A DNA stretch of 63,419 nt, filler included, from Octopus bimaculoides (taxonomy: Eukaryota), in the NCBI RefSeq assembly GCF_001194135.2. It is 5 parts of 4 records of this genome, joined end to end, with 100 filler letters (N's around TTAATTAATTAA, not from the genome) between each part and the next. Parts side by side here need not be neighbours in the genome. Positions count along the whole stretch, not along the records: positions 1 to 27,205 come from NC_068983.1; positions 27,306 to 42,728 come from NC_068991.1; 3 more parts are not named here. One strand, written 5' to 3'. Positions 25,905 to 37,878 of the stretch are shown here, in pieces. Position 1 is the first letter of the stretch; every line of letters begins with the position of its first letter. Made by a program: the position numbers and the translations under genes. The notes under the pieces were generated by a model, which had not been told where the DNA came from, did not search any database, and saw only the letters and a list, made by a program, of their open reading frames with translations.

Positions 25905-27205
25905 TACATAGCGTTGCGTACATTAATATCGGTAATATATCAGAAAGTCTATGTCAGGTAAATGTAATAATATCTTCTTACGAACACTATATGGCCTTCT
26001 AACTCTATAAACCAAATATTAATATCATTCGATATTAAGTTAAAACTACCATATTTATTTTTTGAAAAAAAAAAATGCTGCAAATACGTTTTCCCATATA
26101 TAATTGACAATATTTCCATCTCTGGTGCCAAAGAAATATTATATAATATTATAAACTGATTCTGTAACAGAGTTAAATATAAATTAAATTAGGATCTATA
26201 CAAATCTCCAGATGTTTATTTAAAATTTCTTTGTTTACTTTATCCTCTCTCATTTTTTTTTTTTTTTTTTGCTGAATTAGTTTTCTTATATTCCGCGACA
26301 AATGAGGAACATAATTACAAATGCAGCTTTATATTATGGAATATAATTTGATTTGGAATTTAAGGGAATTATTCAGTGATTGAGAAATCGGCTTACTTAT
26401 CACATACTTTTATGTGGCTTTCTGTCATCTATGAAAGAAATTCTAGCAAGTGTGGATTTGACTAAAATTTTAAAAGTTTTTTTCATATTTGATTGAGAGA
26501 TGCAGGCACGATGATTTCTATGAAGGCACACACATGCATATATCTTGTTATTCACACATAAATCTTCCAAGCACAGACGCACACACATATAGACATCAAA
26601 TATCATTTTCAAGGTTTATCTATTTCATTAATATTACATTTTATTGCTAGCTACATATTGAATTTATGTTCTGTAACGTTTGGAAATAGCTGCATAGAAT
26701 CTATATCATCATTGATCTTCAGGGTCTTCCCTCCCTCATAATTTGAATTAGAAGAAATTCGAGTAGATAAATGAACAATTATAGAATGACACAAGTCACC
26801 TCCTAAAAATAAAAATAATACTGCACACTTATGTAATTTATATAATCGACTACACATCAAACGTAATGATAATTCTACTTTGGAATATATTGCAAATCAC
26901 ACACTCATTTATCTTTAGGAAAAAATTTAAAAAATGTATTTAAGCAAAATTTATTTTGAAGATTTTTTAAATGGCTTAGTCGACAGAACAATGTCATTAT
27001 CCAGACTAACAGTGATGACTTATCACAAGGCTGAACTCCAATAATTGTAGTTAAGGATTAAGTGGTGACGTTAAACGGAACCTCAAATTACATACGCCAA
27101 TTCCAAATCATTTATTTCAAGGGCTTCTACAGTCATTGCCACCAAATCTACACTCTCAGGAATGTCACTGATCAACTTCCCACGCTCACGCGCCCACGGA
27201 CACAC

Positions 27206-27305
27206 NNNNNNNNNNNNNNNNNNNNNNNNNNNNNNNNNNNNNNNNNNNNTTAATTAATTAANNNNNNNNNNNNNNNNNNNNNNNNNNNNNNNNNNNNNNN
27301 NNNNN
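27206..27305. other. Artificial scaffold linker N44-TTAATTAATTAA-N44
   Basis: Exactly 100 bp, six-frame stop core, identical at four places. Confidence 0.95.
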
Positions 27306-27313
27306 ATATATAT

Positions 27314-27354
<41 letters not shown>

Positions 27355-27439
27355 CATATATATATATATGTATATATATAACAAAGAATAGAAGTTCTCT
27401 GAATAATGAGTTGACTATTATCTGACAAGATGAATCAGT

Positions 27440-27472
<33 letters not shown>

Positions 27473-27659
27473 GTGTGTGCACGTGTGTGTGTGTGTGTGT
27501 GTGTAATGAAATACAGCGTCCGTTATTGCAATGTATCTTCAGTTATAAAATTGCAAATAAATACAGGTGATGGACTAATTGACTTATTACTGTCACAACA
27601 TGATTACTGACCAACACATTTGAATAATTACACCACCAGATGCTCCTCCTTACACTCTA

Positions 27660-27885
27660 CTCCTCCTCCTCTTCTTCCTCCTCCTCTTCTTCCTCCTCCT
27701 CTTCTTCCTCCTCCTCTTCTTCCTCCTCCTCTTCTTCCTCCTCCTCTTCTTCCTCCTCCTCTTCTTCCTCCTCCTCTTCTNNNNNNNNNNCTCCTCTTCT
27801 TCCTCCTCCTCTTCTTCCTCCTCCTCTTCTTCCTCCTCCTCTTCTTCCTCCTCCTCTTCTTCCTCCTCCTCTTCTTCCTCCTCTT
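27660..27885. repeat. 15-bp polypyrimidine minisatellite (CCTCCTCCTCTTCTT)n
   Basis: Perfect 15-bp period, interrupted by a 10-N gap. Confidence 0.95.
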
Positions 27886-27948
27886 TCCCCTTGCACTTCC
27901 CTTCATTATGTTGACTCAGTGTTTATCATTAAAATATCTCACTACCTC

Positions 27949-27990
<42 letters not shown>

Positions 27991-28475
27991 TATGTTGTGC
28001 ATTGTCTGTCAGCTATCATTATCATAGTGCCAAGATTTCCCAGTCTGATAGTCTCCAATATAATCCAAGACTCTGATGCCACTACACTGCGCTACCTTAT
28101 TACTGCATACAACCAAGGAATATCTAGAACAATCAACTTTAGTTATTCATGGTGATCTAGTTTTTATCAGGCACTTTTACTTTCCATCCATTTTGTCATC
28201 ATTCTGTGGAATATGAGATAGCAATTGTGGTTTAGTTCTTCGTTTGGGGGTTGACCTTCAATGACATAATTATCATTATCATCATTGCCATCATTATTAT
28301 TGTCATTGTCAATGCCTAAATTATCATTGTCATCATCATCCTCCTCCTCAACATCATAATCTTCATCATCATCATAACCAACATCAATACAATTCCAACC
28401 ACCATCATCATCAGCTCAACAAGCAAATCTCCACATTGTTGCCTGCCATGATTGCTAGAAATACCGAAATACCAA

Positions 28476-28590
28476 GTTGTTGTTGTTGGCACTCCGTCGC
28501 TTACGACGTCGAGGGTTCCAGTTGATCCGATCAACGGAACAGCCTGCTCGTGAAATTAACGTGCAAGTGGCTGAGCACTCCACAGACATG
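28476..28590 (-). mobile_element. SINE family B 3' tail
   Basis: Reverse match to 50180-50298 (gctcagccacttgcacgttaatttcacgagcagg..gacgtcgtaagcgacggagtgccaacaac). Confidence 0.9.
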
Positions 28591-28726
28591 TAGTTCGTTA
28601 TTGCAATGTATCTTCAGTTATAAAATTGCAAATAAATACAGGTGATGGACTAATTGACTTATTACTGTCACAACATGATTACTGACCAACACATTTGAAT
28701 AATTACACCACCAGATNNNNNNNNNN

Positions 28727-28976
28727 TCTCAGTACATGAGTCGTTCCAGTTAACACAATTTTTTGCACTTCCTGTAGGGATGGTAAGCCTGGTATCATTT
28801 TCAAATAGGTTTCAGTACCTTTTTTTATCATTCCTAGAGATCCTACAATCACTGGTATGGTAGTCGCCTTGAGGTGCCACATTTTTTCAATTTCTATGAG
28901 CAAGTCTTTATATTTACTGATCTTGTCAATTTCTTTCGCCGCTATATTATGATCGCAAGGGATACTCATGTCAATT
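28727..28976 (-). mobile_element. R4/Dong-clade LINE, 5'-truncated RLE fragment (family X)
   Basis: Intact frame IDMSIPCDHNIAAKEIDKISKYKDLLIEIEKMWHLKATTIPVIVGSLGMIKKG..LQEVQKIVLTGTTHVLR; 5' junction at a (TAA)n tract. Confidence 0.9.
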
Positions 28977-28990
28977 TATTATTATTATTG

Positions 28991-29045
28991 TTCAGTAGTT
29001 TTGTTTTTATAACGTGCTTTCACTTCACTACTGAGCGCAGCTCTG

Positions 29046-29047
<2 letters not shown>
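28991..29047 (-). mobile_element. 57-bp 3' end of R4/Dong family Y
   Basis: Near-identical to 32351-32407; flanked on both sides by (TTA)n. Confidence 0.85.
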
Positions 29048-29078
<31 letters not shown>

Positions 29079-29083
<5 letters not shown>

Positions 29084-29154
29084 TCACTGCCTGGAATCGA
29101 ACTCGGAATCTTGGGGTTAGTAGTCCATGCTCTTAACCACTATGCCATATGCCC
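29079..29154 (-). mobile_element. tRNA-derived SINE head (family G) followed by (TAA)n
   Basis: GGGCATATGGCATAGTGGTTAAGAGC..GAGTTCGATTCCAGGCAGTGACCTG with A-box TGGCATAGTGG and B-box GTTCGATTCC; no complete cloverleaf. Confidence 0.75.
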
Positions 29155-30229
29155 GTGTGCATATGGTGTAGTGTTCAGGAGAATCATAGAAAGGGAACTA
29201 TTTCTCTGACAGAAACAGGATAATGTCAAGAATGTGATGAAAAAACCTCTACAGCTTACTTTCAACTTTGATCTGGTAATCGATTTAATTGGCATCTGAT
29301 GTTGAAGCATGGCTCATTGCTGTTTTACTTGTTTTGTTTCATGTAAAATAGTTTTGCTTGTGTAAATGCAAATTTTCATTATGCGAGCCTTTGGTAGGTG
29401 ATCCTTTAATTTTCTCTACCTTTTTTTCAAAACACTATCCTGAACATCTGATTAATGCACTCATAATTAGTCAAGGCATCACTCTTGCTGAACAGAAGAA
29501 AAAAAAAAGTCTAAGATGCAGAAAACTGATTGCTTCATTTGATTCCAAAACAGCCAACCCCATTTACACTTGTCTTTATTTTCAGTTTTACTATAAAAAA
29601 AAAAAGGAAAAGAAAAAAAAACAAAGAAAATAAATGAAAGCAAAAAGGGAGAATGAAATATAAATAATTGATTATTCATATTCTAGCAGACATCAATTGG
29701 TACTTGATCCTGAGTTTCCTTCTTTTCAATAAATCCAGTGCTGATTTTAAGGTGGACGCTTTTCCAATTGTGAACATTTCTTTTATTGACATTAACATCA
29801 GATACAGATGGCAATTTTAGTTCTTCTGTTGGCTCTAACAGGTTTATAATCAGTTTCTCTGAGAGTATTACCTTCTGTACTTGTGAAGAGGTCTTGTCTG
29901 ACACTTGTGTCAACAAGACCAGTGTAGTCATTATCTGAATCACATTGGCAGTAATTTCAGACCAAAGAAGTCAATCAATTGATTTGCAACTTTTGTCGGG
30001 TTCATTTTGTAGTTTGAGACACTTTCTTTTTTTCGCTATTCCAACTAGAATTAATGAGTGTAAATTTTTGTGCCTTTGCTTTTGATTGAAAATAAAAAGT
30101 TAGTACCTGGACATAAAAGTAATATTACTTTATCTAAACAATTTTTTTGAAAGCATCAAATCTATGTTCTTCATGAAATAAAATACATTAGCACAAAATC
30201 CATTCTCATTGACAGTGAACAAATCGAAG

Positions 30230-30378
30230 CAAATGTCTGTCTTTACGTTCTGAGTTCAACTTTGCCTTTCATTCTTTCAGGGTTGATAAATTAAGTACCT
30301 GTTGTGTACTGGGGTTGATCTAATTGCCTGGCACCCTCCCCCAAAATTTCGGGCCTTGTTCCTAGAGTAGAAAAGAAT
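30230..30378 (+). mobile_element. SINE family C, 5'-partial
   Basis: tgtctgtctttacgttctgagttcaa..gcctttcattctttcagggttgataaattaagtacc..ggccttgttcctagagtagaaaag. Confidence 0.85.
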
Positions 30379-30412
30379 ATAACAATATGTCATGTGTGTG
30401 TGTGTATACATA

Positions 30413-30620
30413 CACTTTCACCTTGCTTCTTAATGGAGGGATAACTTCTTCGCTCCTTAAATCTCATGAACCATCCTTGACTTGCCTTGAACTCCACATC
30501 TTTCTCATCTGGATATTTTTTCTTCAGGTCCTCAAACAAAGACAATGCTTTCTCTTGAATGATTTCTTGACTAATAGTAGCACGCTAATGATTCAACCTC
30601 ACAATCCAAAGAGAAAGAAG
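30413..30620 (-). mobile_element. Tigger/pogo transposase fragment (CENP-B-type HTH)
   Basis: LLSLWIVRLNH*RATISQEIIQEKALSLFEDLKKKYPDEKDVEFKASQGWFMRFKERRSYPSIKKQGES. Confidence 0.85.
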
Positions 30621-30671
30621 ACTTACCATTTAGCTTACAATTATAAAGAAATTTGTGGGGGAAATCTTTTC

Positions 30672-31260
30672 TGAGGGGGTGAGGAGAGGACTTCGGAAAA
30701 TTCACAAGATCCGAGTTTTTGCCCATAACTTTGAGGAAAATAATTATCTTTTAATAAAATTGTATATAAACACCTTTCAAATGACATGCACTATGGATGC
30801 CTAATGTGCTGTAAACCCCTTATTTTCGTTCAGAAAAAAAGGGGTGGGACTAGAATTATTGGAAAATGTTATTTTTCTTTTTTTCGATGAATGAATTATG
30901 GTGACCTAATATGTCATAAAACCCATGTTTTTGTCTGGAAAACGGGGGCTGTTTCTTTCTTTAAAATTTCGTTAAATTTTTACAAGTGCACCTTTACAAT
31001 AACTAGGAATCCGAAGAAACTTTTTAAAAAGAAATGCATTTTTGAAAGTGCAGGGCGAAACTGCATTAACCCCCTTTCTTTACCCATATTTTAAGATAAC
31101 ATTTTGCAGAAATACGTTTTCTAGAGGGTGAATTACTTGGACCTAGTTAGTTTGAGTCACAAAATCGGCCCCCTTTCAAAATGACAAAAAAATCTGAAAA
31201 TTTGTCATATTCAGCATTCATTTCTTATTCAGAATCTAGTTTGTTTCATTTACAAAATAT
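30672..31260. mobile_element. Unclassified DNA-transposon-like subterminal sequence
   Basis: Motifs such as cccataactttgaggaaaataatt and GC-rich patches recall DNA-transposon subtermini; no TIR pair found. Confidence 0.3.
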
Positions 31261-31639
31261 ACATTTTTTTAAAAGGAAGTAAAAGATCTGCAAATTTTAT
31301 TTGACATTCTTTCCTTTGCTTGTTTAATTTGCTTGTTTAATTTGCTTAGCTCCCAGTATCCAATAACTTCTGGGCTCTAGTAAAAGACACATACTTGTTC
31401 ATGGATGATAAGTGGCTGCAATAAATATATTCCTACTTTATTAAAAGTTTGATCTTTTGAATTATTTATAATCTCATAATATAATAAATGTTGGAGAAAG
31501 TGGATCCTTGCCATTTTAAATGCTAAATTTCCATTTTCAATGGAAGTTGGATCTTTTCCATTTTAAATGGTCATCTGTTGCTTTACTGATTCCACATATA
31601 AAAACTTGTCAGACATTATTATCAAAGCTTTAATTCGGT

Positions 31640-31672
<33 letters not shown>

Positions 31673-32148
31673 CAGTATTGGCTAAATTAGTAAGTAATGA
31701 TCATTTAGGAAGATGATTGCTATACTGATGAACTTTTGAACTCACTCCCTCTATCTGCAGTTCTACAACATGTTCTAAGTTCCAAGCTGGAGCAGACCCT
31801 CTGCAAATTTCCAAATTTGATTTAATTTGCTTTGCAGGAGCAACTGTTTTATCGAAGGTATATCTTGTTGTGAATTGCTCAAAATATGAATTAGAAAAAC
31901 AGCCAACAAATGATGAAGGGTCGTTCTTTGTGTTGTTTTTTTTCTCCCTTTGTTTCTTTCATTGTTCACAAAAATAATTCATATTCCATGTCCTCATACT
32001 TTATATTTTTTGTAGTTTACGTTTTGTGACATCCTGTGCCCACATATGCATATGTATATACATATACATGTAAGTATGTCCATATACATATGTATATATG
32101 CATATATATATATATGATTGAATGCGTGACATTCAATCATATAATGAT

Positions 32149-32194
<46 letters not shown>

Positions 32195-32247
32195 ATCATT
32201 ATATGATTGAATGTCACGCATCTTTCTCCAAGTAAGTTTTATCTTAT

Positions 32248-32295
32248 ACTAGTCCTCTTACCCAAAATTTCAGGCCTTGTGCCTATTAAGAAAGG

Positions 32296-32296
<1 letters not shown>
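32248..32296 (+). mobile_element. SINE family C 3' tail leading into (TTA)n
   Basis: cccaaaattttcaggccttgtgcctattaagaaagga then (tta)n 32297-32348. Confidence 0.75.
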
Positions 32297-32348
<52 letters not shown>

Positions 32349-32514
32349 CATTCAGTAGTTTTATTTTTATAGCGTGCTTTCACTTCACTACCGAGCGCAG
32401 CTCTGTGTACCTTGGGTATGTGCTGTGGTTTGCTGTGATGCTCTTATGGTTACTGTATTGAAAGTGTTTAAGTGTTTTGCGTAGGATGTGTGCAGTGTCC
32501 AGTAGTGCAATTTT
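32349..32514 (-). mobile_element. R4/Dong family Y 3' end
   Basis: KIALLDTAHILRKTL C-terminus plus 3'UTR ending in (TAA)n. Confidence 0.85.
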
Positions 32515-32900
32515 ACCAGTAAGTAGTTCCTTCAAAGGCTGTGGCGGTTGGGGAAGAGGGGGCAATCTGACCTTACTGTTTAAGCAGCACATTCCAGGTG
32601 GCTGAGCAGCCCACTTTTTAGCATTGCAGAATTGGCAATTGAAGCACATTTCACCAATATTTATGTCAGCGCGGCTGGAGTAATGAAAGTTTAGCTCATA
32701 GTTGAAAGCGCGTAGGTGCCAGTAATGGCTGTTGGGAGTCGTCACACTGTAGGCAGGATGTCGTCGTCGACTGTTCTGCTGCAATGTAGGACGTTGGTCG
32801 TGGGAAGGTGCAGTAGCAGTAGCAGAAGCGACATTTGCAATGGTAATGGAGTGGCCACCTGCATCTTCAGAAGCCATGGAAGCAGTGATTGCAGCAGCGT
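32515..32900 (-). mobile_element. Helitron Rep/Hel N-terminal zinc-finger-region fragment
   Basis: AFNYELNFHYSSRADINIGEMCFNCQFCNAKKWAAQPPGMCCLNSKVRLPPLPQPPQPLKELLTG fits the Helitron IG.M...C..C.A.KW....GMCC..GKV.LP pattern. Confidence 0.85.
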
Positions 32901-33084
32901 TCGTAGCAATTTATATATCTTTGTCACATTGTTTTATTGTATTACATTTTCACACTTCATTATTTCCAGGGCCCAATGAAAGTAAAAGTATTTCTCTGTT
33001 TTCTTAGGGAAGGAAATTATTCAGGAAGAAGCCTTTGCTTTCTAGAAAATGACATTATGAAATAATGAAAATATTCAGTATCTT

Positions 33085-33289
33085 CTTTCTTCTGTTTGTT
33101 TCAGTCATTGGATTGTGGCCAAGCTAAGGCCCCACCTTGAAGGGTTTAGTTAAACAAATCAATCCTAGTACTTATTTTTAAATCTGATACTTACTCTTTC
33201 AATCTCATTTGCCAAAGCTAAGTTACAGGGACATAAACAAACACTGGTTGTCATTTGCGGGTGGAGGTGCTGGTAAATGCAAACATAAA

Positions 33290-33295
<6 letters not shown>
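33085..33295 (-). mobile_element. SINE family A 3' half
   Basis: tgtttcagtcattggattgtggcc..ctagtacttat..gctaagttacagggacataaac. Confidence 0.75.
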
Positions 33296-33343
<48 letters not shown>

Positions 33344-33812
33344 GTAAGGGTGGCTTGGTTTTATCTATCACCAATGTACTCACCAAGCCCAATCCCAACC
33401 CCAGTCCCAGGATGACTAGATGCTCTTTATTGCTACAAGAAACAAATATCCTTTGAGAATAAAATAGCTGCAAGTACTAAACCACCTCTGCACATTTGCA
33501 GACATTTAAACATTTATTTCAGCCGATGACATCATACCATGGCTGGAATGAATTGTTGTTGGGCATCAAAGACTTCCACTATCCATTTGATTTATGCATC
33601 AAAAAGTATGTAGGACATTCCAGTAGGTACTTATAAATAGCCTCTTCAGAGAGTGTCCAGGATGCAGCTTCGCATTACACTATGTAAAGGCATGAAAAAA
33701 AAAGACAATTTTCTCACTCTCACATACATAATCTTGGAGGCAGCAGAAACCATATGTTATGTAGACATACAGTCTCACCCTCCCTCTCTCTCTTTCTCTC
33801 TTTCTCTCTCTC

Positions 33813-33876
<64 letters not shown>

Positions 33877-35720
33877 ACGTGAAAGAGTTAGGGGTTGGGG
33901 GTTCAACCCACTAAGGGATAGTATCTATCCAGTATACTGCTGGGAGGGTACCCAATTATTGCTACGCTAGTGCTATACTAGGTGCAATCAATGGGAGCGG
34001 GTAAAAGTGGAGGTTTTACCCAAAATTTGTGTAACAATTAGAAAATGGAGGATAATATGCTGAACCCAACTACTTGCAGGCGGTGTATCCCGTTGAATTC
34101 ATTAATTTAANNNNNNNNNNNNNNNNNNNNNNNNNNNNNNNNNNNNNNNNNNNNNNNNNNNNNNNNNNNNNNNNNNNNNNNNNNNNNNNNNNNNNNNNNN
34201 NNNNNNNNNNNNNNNNNNNNNNNNNNNNNNNNNNNNNNNNNNNNNNNNNNNNNNNNNNNNNNNNNNNNNNNNNNNNNNNNNNNNNNNNNNNNNNNNNNNN
34301 NNNNNNNNNNNNNNNNNNNNNNNNNNNNNNNNNNNNNNNNNNNNNNNNNNNNNNNNNNNNNNNNNNNNNNNNNNNNNNNNNNNNNNNNNNNNNNNNNNNN
34401 NNNNNNNNNNNNNNNNNNNNNNNNNNNNNNNNNNNNNNNNNNNNNNNNNNNNNNNNNNNNNNNNNNNNNNNNNNNNNNNNNNNNNNNNNNNNNNNNNNNN
34501 NNNNNNNNNNNNNNNNNNNNNNNNNNNNNNNNNNNNNNNNNNNNNNNNNNNNNNNNNNNNNNNNNNNNNNNNNNNNNNNNNNNNNNNNNNNNNNNNNNNN
34601 NNNNNNNNNNNNNNNNNNNNNNNNNNNNNNNNNNNNNNNNNNNNNNNNNNNNNNNNNNNNNNNNNNNNNNNNNNNNNNNNNNNNNNNNNNNNNNNNNNNN
34701 NNNNNNNNNNNNNNNNNNNNNNNNNNNNNNNCTACAAACATTATAGATAGGTAGCTATAGGCACTCCAATGCATATCTATATGTGTGGGTTCATGTGCAC
34801 AGCCTTACTCGGATGTCCCCTTACTTTCATGTGTGCATATACAAGTTTTTATAAGCAAACATTCCACCACATACGTTGTCTGTGGCATCAGCTCTATTAG
34901 CCGTATCTAGAAAGCTGTAAGTGTTTTTTAGAAAGGAAGTTTTGTTAACTATTGTTTTAAACTGCCTACGCTTAGCTACGGTTGGATAGCCACTGGCCGG
35001 TCAAGATGCTAGCCTGCCTGCGCCCCCCCCCACACGCGTGCTATGTATATCCCCCCGTACTCACGCTCATGCGTGCATGTATGTATATACGCAAGCATGC
35101 GCGCAGCCACACATCTCTTAATTCTACTATATACTCACAGTGAGGGGGTAAAGTTCCCAATGTAATGGCAATAGAGTTAAATTGGTAGACTTTTAAGAAG
35201 ACTACAAGCCGATATCCACAACAGTAACAATGAGGATAAATACATTCTCATCTATACATATCCAGATATACATCCTTATACACATTATGTCCCCTCACAT
35301 ATTTATTCATACATACACAACTGTGTGGCCAACTATCATTACATCCGTATGTACACAACTACATACCTACCTACATACTCACCTATACATATACACATAC
35401 ATAAATACACACACAAATAGATGTACACACACACACACATACACANNNNNNNNNNACGACAACATGTAGGTACATCTACATGTGCACACACATACACACA
35501 TGGCTATACGCATAGCCACTTCTATTAGTTTTGATAAAGGGGCCGTGTCTGCAGTGCTACCCATTTTCTAGTGTATGTCTTCCTGCCTATATGTTAATAT
35601 CAAGCTAGGTTTACCTCCTAATTTCTGTAGCTATATATACACACCCACACACACATATACACACACATATACACACACATATACACACACACACACATAC
35701 ACAAATATACATATATATAT

Positions 35721-35759
<39 letters not shown>

Positions 35760-36181
35760 CATACACATGCACATCTATGTACCCACTTAAGTATCAAGTG
35801 TTAGCCAGCCCAATGTCAGCAGGGTATAAATAGTTATCGCTAGCGAAAAGCGAAAAGCGGTGTCCTAGTACTAGGTATTTTCTTATATTAGATCCATGTA
35901 TGTAGATAACAGCATTACATATGCCATAACCTAGCATAAGAATAGTAGTTAACTTAAATATGTATTATTTAAAGCATGCACGGTATCTAGACCTGAGTTC
36001 TACTTGAATTTAGAGAAAGTACATCCAATTCTGTGAAGGTATGAAACGTTTCTTTCCTTCAAACTATTAATAATCGGGATTTTGGTCCTAATTAGGAAAA
36101 AGATTTCATTTATGCATAATAAGCATTTATATATATATATATATATATATATACCTGTGTGTGTGTGTGTATGTACATACA

Positions 36182-36402
36182 CAGGGTGGCCCAAAAATAG
36201 GTTTACAGTTATTCAACTATCTCTTTTGCATTCATATATCAACAGTTTAGATCTTAATCATGAAAAATATGAAACCATTATTCTATGCTAATTTAGTTAA
36301 TTTTGTCAAGCTCCATTTTCAGTTTGTAAGATAGAAATTTAAATGTCATAAAATGTTTTAAAAGAAATTTAAAGTGCCTACGTGATGACTTTTGGGCCAC
36401 CC

Positions 36403-36404
<2 letters not shown>
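36182..36404. mobile_element. Tc1/mariner-type MITE, 223 bp
   Basis: Perfect 15-bp TIRs cagggtggcccaaaa / ttttgggccaccctg; CA on both flanks. Right part repeated at 36596-36740 across a gap (likely artefact). Confidence 0.85.
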
Positions 36405-36456
<52 letters not shown>

Positions 36457-36738
36457 CACACACACACACACTCAACACACACATNNNNNNNNNNNNNNNN
36501 NNNNNNNNNNNNNNNNNNNNNNNNNNNNNNNNNNNNNNNNNNNNNNNNNNNNNNNNNNNNNNNNNNNNNNNNNNNNNNNNNNNNNNNNNNNNNNNNTGAA
36601 AAATATGAAACCATTATTCTATGCTAATTTAGTTAATTTTGTCAAGCTCCATTTTCAGTTTGTAAGATAGAAATTTAAATGTCATAAAATGTTTTAAAAG
36701 AAATTTAAAGTGCCTACGTGATGACTTTTGGGCCACCC

Positions 36739-36792
<54 letters not shown>

Positions 36793-37209
36793 CACACACA
36801 CACACACTCAACACACACATATATAAATATATAAATTACATCACATTATCAGAAATAGAAGTACTCATACACTGTGTATGCACATGAATGGCAAATGTTT
36901 TCCTCTTTGATAAATGTATGTTATTGTAACTGAACTTCCCAATTTATCGCCCATCTAATCTTCTGATGTATATTGATTAATTTTTATTAATGAGAATGAA
37001 TTTTCTAATGTCTTAACATAGAGACCTTCATTTCAAACTGTTGTTTTTCACAACAATACATTTTTGTTTGTCAAAGAAGTAGGAAGAGATGTAATTTTGA
37101 TCTTCGAGGACCTTCCAAACTGTTTTGATTCATGTAGTTGGTGTTCAATTTGATTGTTTATAGGTTAATACCTGTATGAAAGTTTGCGGGTGGAGAAGTA
37201 TTTAGTTTT

Positions 37210-37425
37210 TTGTTTGTTCCAGTCAGTGGACTGTGGTCATGTTGAGACACCATCTTGAAGAGTTTAATAGAACAAATTGCCCTCAGGATTTATTTTCCTT
37301 TTAAGTCTAGTACTTGTTCTTTCAGCCTGTTTTGCTGAACTGATAAGTTATGGTGACATAAACAAACCAACACTGGTTGTCAGGCAGTGGTGGGGGATAA
37401 ACACAGACACAAAGACTCACACAAA
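37210..37425 (-). mobile_element. SINE family A 3' half
   Basis: ttccagtcagtggactgtggtcatgttg..ttttgctgaactgataagttat..ctggttgtcaggc. Confidence 0.75.
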
Positions 37426-37843
37426 TGCATATATATATATATAGATAGATATACAGGGCAGGGAATCGTCAATTAGCAATAAAATTAATAATTAACAATT
37501 TTGCCGGGTAGCTCAGTATGAAAAGACCTTATCGGTAAAACCATTTATAATCATAAATATAATCTAATCCCTATATATATNNNNNNNNNNNNNNNNNNNN
37601 NNNNNNNNNNNNNNNNNNNNNNNNNNNNNNNNNNNNNNNNNNNNNNNNNNNNNNNNNNNNNNNNNNNNNNNNNNNNNNNNNNNNNNNNNNNNNNNNNNNA
37701 TATATATATACAAACATACATACAAACATGCATACATACATAAATACATACATACACACACATATATACATACATACACACATACATATACACGCATGCA
37801 CATACACACATGCACGTACACACACATACACATGCACGTGCAC

Positions 37844-37874
<31 letters not shown>

Positions 37875-37878
37875 ACAG

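Noticed and set aside
27620-27987. RGG-rich, poly-K/R, poly-P/L, poly-S/E ORFs
   Set aside because: Translations of the 15-bp minisatellite.
27521-28716. Exact 121-bp direct repeat (27521-27641 and 28596-28716)
   Set aside because: Second copy ends at a 10-N gap and is identical; most likely a gap-edge misassembly.
29683-29943. 86-aa protein-like minus-strand ORF
   Set aside because: No recognisable motif or convincing splice sites; a second frame is equally open.
31746-31877. 132-nt phase 0-0 exon candidate on minus (GAG acceptor, GTGAGT donor)
   Set aside because: Rare acceptor, an equally plausible plus-strand candidate overlaps it, and no homology recognised.
33523-33605. 83-nt plus-strand exon candidate (tttcag / gtatgt)
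   Set aside because: Short, peptide unrecognised, no linked exons.
34732-35330. Possible mitochondrial control-region insertion (C-tracts, stem-loops)
   Set aside because: Too GC-rich for my expectation of a cephalopod control region and no flanking mitochondrial genes.
36257-36820. Tandem duplication of MITE right half plus microsatellite
   Set aside because: Identical copies directly flank an N gap; typical overlapping-contig artefact.
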